NCBI GenBank assembly: GCA_043818335.1
Contig: JBDRFV010000004.1
Coordinates: 1-36,068, forward strand
DNA: 36,068 nt
Origin: Patescibacteria group bacterium
GTDB lineage: Bacteria > Patescibacteriota > Minisyncoccia > Phycocordibacterales > UBA9973
Direction of reading: 5' to 3'
Part shown: piece by piece, positions 33,139-36,068 of the stretch
Position numbering within the stretch: the first letter of the stretch is position 1
How the letters are laid out: every line of letters begins with the position of its first letter
The notes under the pieces: model-generated
Database searches by the model: none
What the model saw: only the letters and a program-made list of their open reading frames with translations
What the model was told of the DNA's origin: nothing
Made by a program: the position numbers and the translations under genes

Positions 33139-33900
33139 ATGAGCATTTTAAAACATTTTGATAAAAATAATTTACATCATGCTTATTTAGTTGAAGGTGA
33201 GAAAGAAATAATTCTACCAGATTTGATTACTTATATCGAAGAATTAGGTATTAAAACGACTGCTAATCCAGATTTTTGTCATTTAGATGTTGATCATTTT
33301 AAGAAAAAAGAAGCTCTAGATTTGCGATCTATGGGAAATCAGAAAGCTTTTTCTTTAACTAAAAAAATATTTATACTTTCTGTTAATCGTTTTAATATCG
33401 ACTCACAGGGTATTTTATTAAAAATGTTTGAAGAACCAATAGAAGATACTCATTTTTTTGTTATTACGCCAAATGTAGATAGTCTTTTAAAGACTTTCGT
33501 TTCTAGGTTTTATTTAATTAAAACAAAAAGTAATTCAGAAGAATTATTAAAAAAAGCTGAATTATTTATTTCCATGTCTTTAAAAGATAGATTAGAGTTT
33601 ATAAAAACTAATTTAATTAAATCAGAAAAAAAAGATGAAGAAGTAGAAAATAATAATTATGATGAAGATACTCAAAATCTTTTTTTAGCAAAAGACTCAA
33701 ATCAATCTAGGGCTTTGAAATTTTTGGATACTTTAGAAGAAATTTCTCATCAAAAAATATTTGCAAAATTAAATAAAAAAGATTTAAAGAATATTAATTT
33801 TTTTAATCAAATTTTCCAAGCACGAGAATCCCTGCGTCAGCCTGGATCTTCAGCTAAAACATTATTAGAATCTGTGGCTATCTCTATGCCGAATTATTAA
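33139..33900 (+). CDS. holB: DNA polymerase III delta'-like clamp-loader subunit
   Basis: HHAYLVEG near the N-terminus and KIFILSVNRFNIDSQGILLKMFEEPIEDTHFFVIT (the sensor/LLKTLEEP-like box). Confidence 0.65.
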   Translation: MSILKHFDKNNLHHAYLVEGEKEIILPDLITYIEELGIKTTANPDFCHLDVDHFKKKEALDLRSMGNQKAFSLTKKIFILSVNRFNIDSQGILLKMFEEPIEDTHFFVITPNVDSLLKTFVSRFYLIKTKSNSEELLKKAELFISMSLKDRLEFIKTNLIKSEKKDEEVENNNYDEDTQNLFLAKDSNQSRALKFLDTLEEISHQKIFAKLNKKDLKNINFFNQIFQARESLRQPGSSAKTLLESVAISMPNY

Positions 33901-33927
33901 TTTTTAGTTTTTATTTATAATAATAAA

Positions 33928-33936
33928 TGCTATAAT
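33928..33936 (+). promoter_or_regulatory. Extended -10 box TGCTATAAT upstream of frr
   Basis: 10 nt before the ATG at 33947. Confidence 0.45.
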
Positions 33937-33946
33937 TTAAAACAAT

Positions 33947-34498
33947 ATGCAATACAATTTTTCAAATTTAAAATTAGAATTTAAAAAAGTAGAAGAATTT
34001 TTAAGTAAAGAATACAGTCAACTTAGCACTGGTCGTGCTTCACCAATGGTTTTAGACGGTGTTTCTGTTGAATCATATGGCTCTTTTCAGCCAATAAAAA
34101 ACACAGCTTCTATTTCAATAGAAGATCCTAAGACTTTGCGTATCGCGCCTTGGGATAAAAATCAGATAAAAAGCATCGAAAAAGCCATTTTATTGGCTGA
34201 TTTGGGATTATCTGTAGCAACAGACGAAGCAGGAATTCGAGTTATTTTTCCACAACTTACTACTGAAACAAGGCAAAAATTAGTAAAAGTTCTAAAAGAA
34301 AAACTAGAAGAAGCACGAATTACAGTTAGAAGAGAAAGAGGAAATGTCTGGGAAGAAATTCAGAATTTACAAAAAGAAAGCAAAATGACAGAAGATGAAA
34401 GAGAAAGATCAAAAGAAGAATTGCAAAAAATAGTTGATGAGACAAATAAAAATCTAGAAGTTCATTTTGAAAAGAAAGAAAAAGAAGTATTGGGTTAA
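33947..34498 (+). CDS. frr: Ribosome recycling factor
   Basis: LSTGRASPMVLDGVSVESYG, RIAPWDK and ITVRRERG. Confidence 0.93.
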   Translation: MQYNFSNLKLEFKKVEEFLSKEYSQLSTGRASPMVLDGVSVESYGSFQPIKNTASISIEDPKTLRIAPWDKNQIKSIEKAILLADLGLSVATDEAGIRVIFPQLTTETRQKLVKVLKEKLEEARITVRRERGNVWEEIQNLQKESKMTEDERERSKEELQKIVDETNKNLEVHFEKKEKEVLG

Positions 34499-34504
34499 AT
34501 TTAT

Positions 34505-35644
34505 ATGAGTATAATTATTTTTATTATAATTCTTATGGTTTTGGTTATTGCTCACGAAGCTGGGCATTTTTTTACTGCAAAAGCTTTTAAGATTAAAGTC
34601 GAAGAATTTGGCTTTGGTTTTCCACCAAGATTATTTGGTTGGAAAAAAGGAGAGACGACTTATTCTGTTAACGCTTTGCCGTTTGGTGGTTTTGTTAAAA
34701 TTTTTGGAGAAAGTTTATCTGAAGCTGATTGTTTAGAAATTGGATTTTTAGATAAAGAAGATCAAGAAAAAAAGGAAGCTGAAAGAAAAAGAAATTTTTC
34801 TTTTAAACCAAAATGGCAACAGGCTTTAGTTTTATTTGCCGGGATAACTGCCAATTTTCTTTTGGCATGGATTTTACTTTCTGTTGGTTTTATGTCTGGA
34901 CTCCCAACTTCTACTGGAAGTGAAGTAAAAGGATATGAATTAAAAGACGTAAGATTAGTTATTGTTTCAGTATTAAAAGAATCTCCAGCTGAATTATCTG
35001 GACTAAAATCTGGAGATAAAATTGTTTCTATTAAAACAGAAAAAAAATCTGTAGACGAAATTACACCAGATAATTTAAAAAGCTTTATTCTTTCAAATTC
35101 TGAAGAGGAAATAGAATTTGGTTATATAAGAGGTTCTAATCAAGATATAAACTTTGCAAAAATAATTCCAGAAGCTGGTTTTTCGGATGGTCAACCAGGT
35201 ATTGGTATTGCCATGGATCAAATTGGAACGGCAAAACTGCCTGTTTTTAGAGCTTTTGTTGAAGGTATGAAACTTAACGTATCAGTTACAAAAGACACCA
35301 CTGTTGGGCTTTATAGGCTTATTGTAGACGGAATTCAGGGCAAAGGAAGCTTTGCTTCAGTAACTGGACCAGTTGGAATGGTAGGAATAGTCGGCGATGC
35401 TTCAAAATTTGGTTTTGTATATTTATTATCTTTTGCTGCACTTATTTCTATAAATCTAGCTATAATAAATTTTATTCCATTTCCAGCATTAGATGGTGGA
35501 AGATTACTATTTTTGTTAATAGAAAAAATAAAAGGTTCACGAATAAATCCAAAATTTGCAAATACTGCAAATATGATTGGTTTTGCGATTTTAATTTTAC
35601 TAATGATATTAATTACATATAAAGATGTAGTTAAATTATTTTAA
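34505..35644 (+). CDS. rseP: RIP metalloprotease RseP (site-2 protease, M50 family)
   Basis: HEAGHF in the first TM helix, a PDZ-like segment (ESPAELSGLKSGDKIVSI) and NFIPFPALDGG. Confidence 0.9.
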   Translation: MSIIIFIIILMVLVIAHEAGHFFTAKAFKIKVEEFGFGFPPRLFGWKKGETTYSVNALPFGGFVKIFGESLSEADCLEIGFLDKEDQEKKEAERKRNFSFKPKWQQALVLFAGITANFLLAWILLSVGFMSGLPTSTGSEVKGYELKDVRLVIVSVLKESPAELSGLKSGDKIVSIKTEKKSVDEITPDNLKSFILSNSEEEIEFGYIRGSNQDINFAKIIPEAGFSDGQPGIGIAMDQIGTAKLPVFRAFVEGMKLNVSVTKDTTVGLYRLIVDGIQGKGSFASVTGPVGMVGIVGDASKFGFVYLLSFAALISINLAIINFIPFPALDGGRLLFLLIEKIKGSRINPKFANTANMIGFAILILLMILITYKDVVKLF

Positions 35645-35653
35645 TTATTAAAA

Positions 35654-36068
35654 ATGAAAAATAAGGAAAAAAAATTAAAAGTTGGCATATTATTTGGTGG
35701 AAAAAATACGGAACATGAAGTTTCTATAAATTCTGCAAAGAATATTATTTCTGCTTTAGATAAAAGTAAATATGAGCTTATAAAAATTAAAATAGAAAAA
35801 TCTGGAAAGTTTAATTTGAATTTATTAAAAAAAGCTGATGTAGTTTTTCCGGTTTTACATGGACCATTTGGTGAAGACGGAACTATGCAGGGATTTTTAA
35901 AAATTTTAGAAAAACCATTTGTTGGGCCATCTGTTTTAGGATCTTCTGTTAGTTTTGATAAAGATGTAACTAAAAGATTATTAACTGAAGCTGGAATTCC
36001 AAATACCAAATTTTTAACTTTCAGAAAAAGTGATAAAATAGATTTTCTAAAAACTAAAAAATTTTTAA
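35654..36068 (+). CDS. ddl: D-alanine--D-alanine ligase, 5' fragment running off the window
   Basis: Hand translation gives MKNKEKKLKVGILFGGKNTEHEVSINSAKNI...VFPVLHGPFGEDGTMQGFLKILEKPFVGPSVLGSSVSFDKDVTKRLL. No in-frame stop before the window end. It is absent from the ORF track because it is open-ended. Confidence 0.88.
   Translation, partial: MKNKEKKLKVGILFGGKNTEHEVSINSAKNIISALDKSKYELIKIKIEKSGKFNLNLLKKADVVFPVLHGPFGEDGTMQGFLKILEKPFVGPSVLGSSVSFDKDVTKRLLTEAGIPNTKFLTFRKSDKIDFLKTKKFL

Noticed and set aside
9839-34736. Other short overlapping ORFs (9839..10021, 9849..10049, 11300..11521, 16835..17098, 22166..22438, 28002..28190, 29099..29311, 31007..31279, 31631..31909, 34548..34736)
   Set aside because: Each lies inside a longer, better-supported gene, and none has a recognisable motif or its own expression signals.
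35641-36009. Minus-strand ORF of 122 aa at the window end
   Set aside because: It is antisense to an open-ended plus-strand frame with unmistakable D-Ala-D-Ala ligase motifs (GGKNTEHEVS, LHGPFGEDGTMQG).

Overview
This is an AT-rich bacterial chromosomal segment. Hand counts of typical 60-nt lines give roughly 23-30% G+C. Genes are small and tightly packed, and almost none has a Shine-Dalgarno sequence. Standard code 11 fits: conserved proteins are full length and TGA acts as a stop in ATGA gene overlaps. The style and gene content suggest a Patescibacteria/CPR-like organism, which is inference only.

Left to right:
- A tRNA-Ile(GAU) preceded by a perfect 62-bp tandem duplication.
- An F1Fo ATP synthase operon (atpZ/I-B-E-F-H-A-G-D-C) interrupted at three junctions by four unrelated genes, including a DinD/Bro-N gene bracketed by direct repeats.
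- A PEBP/YbhB gene and two tandem orphan receiver-domain genes.
- rsmI, followed by a clearly G+C-richer gene encoding a protein with a Lys/Ala-rich histone H1-like tail.
- A type I restriction-modification operon.
- VKOR, a RhuM-Fic/DOC gene, and a duplicated block of exported or membrane proteins, each block headed by a small basic protein cassette.
- Housekeeping genes priA, mreB, holB, frr, rseP and a ddl 5' fragment.

The strongest candidate for something new is the type I R-M operon. Two signalling gene pairs sit inside it. A receiver-like plus histidine-kinase-like pair lies between hsdM and hsdS, joined to its neighbours by ATGA overlaps. A MerR-HTH/GHKL-ATPase plus STAS-like pair lies between hsdS and hsdR, behind an intergenic region with an inverted repeat and phased GTAGATT repeats.

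A second recurring signal is a TGnTATAAT-type extended -10 box placed exactly 6 nt upstream of seven start codons, which suggests leaderless mRNAs. All domain calls come from motif reading by eye; no searches were run.
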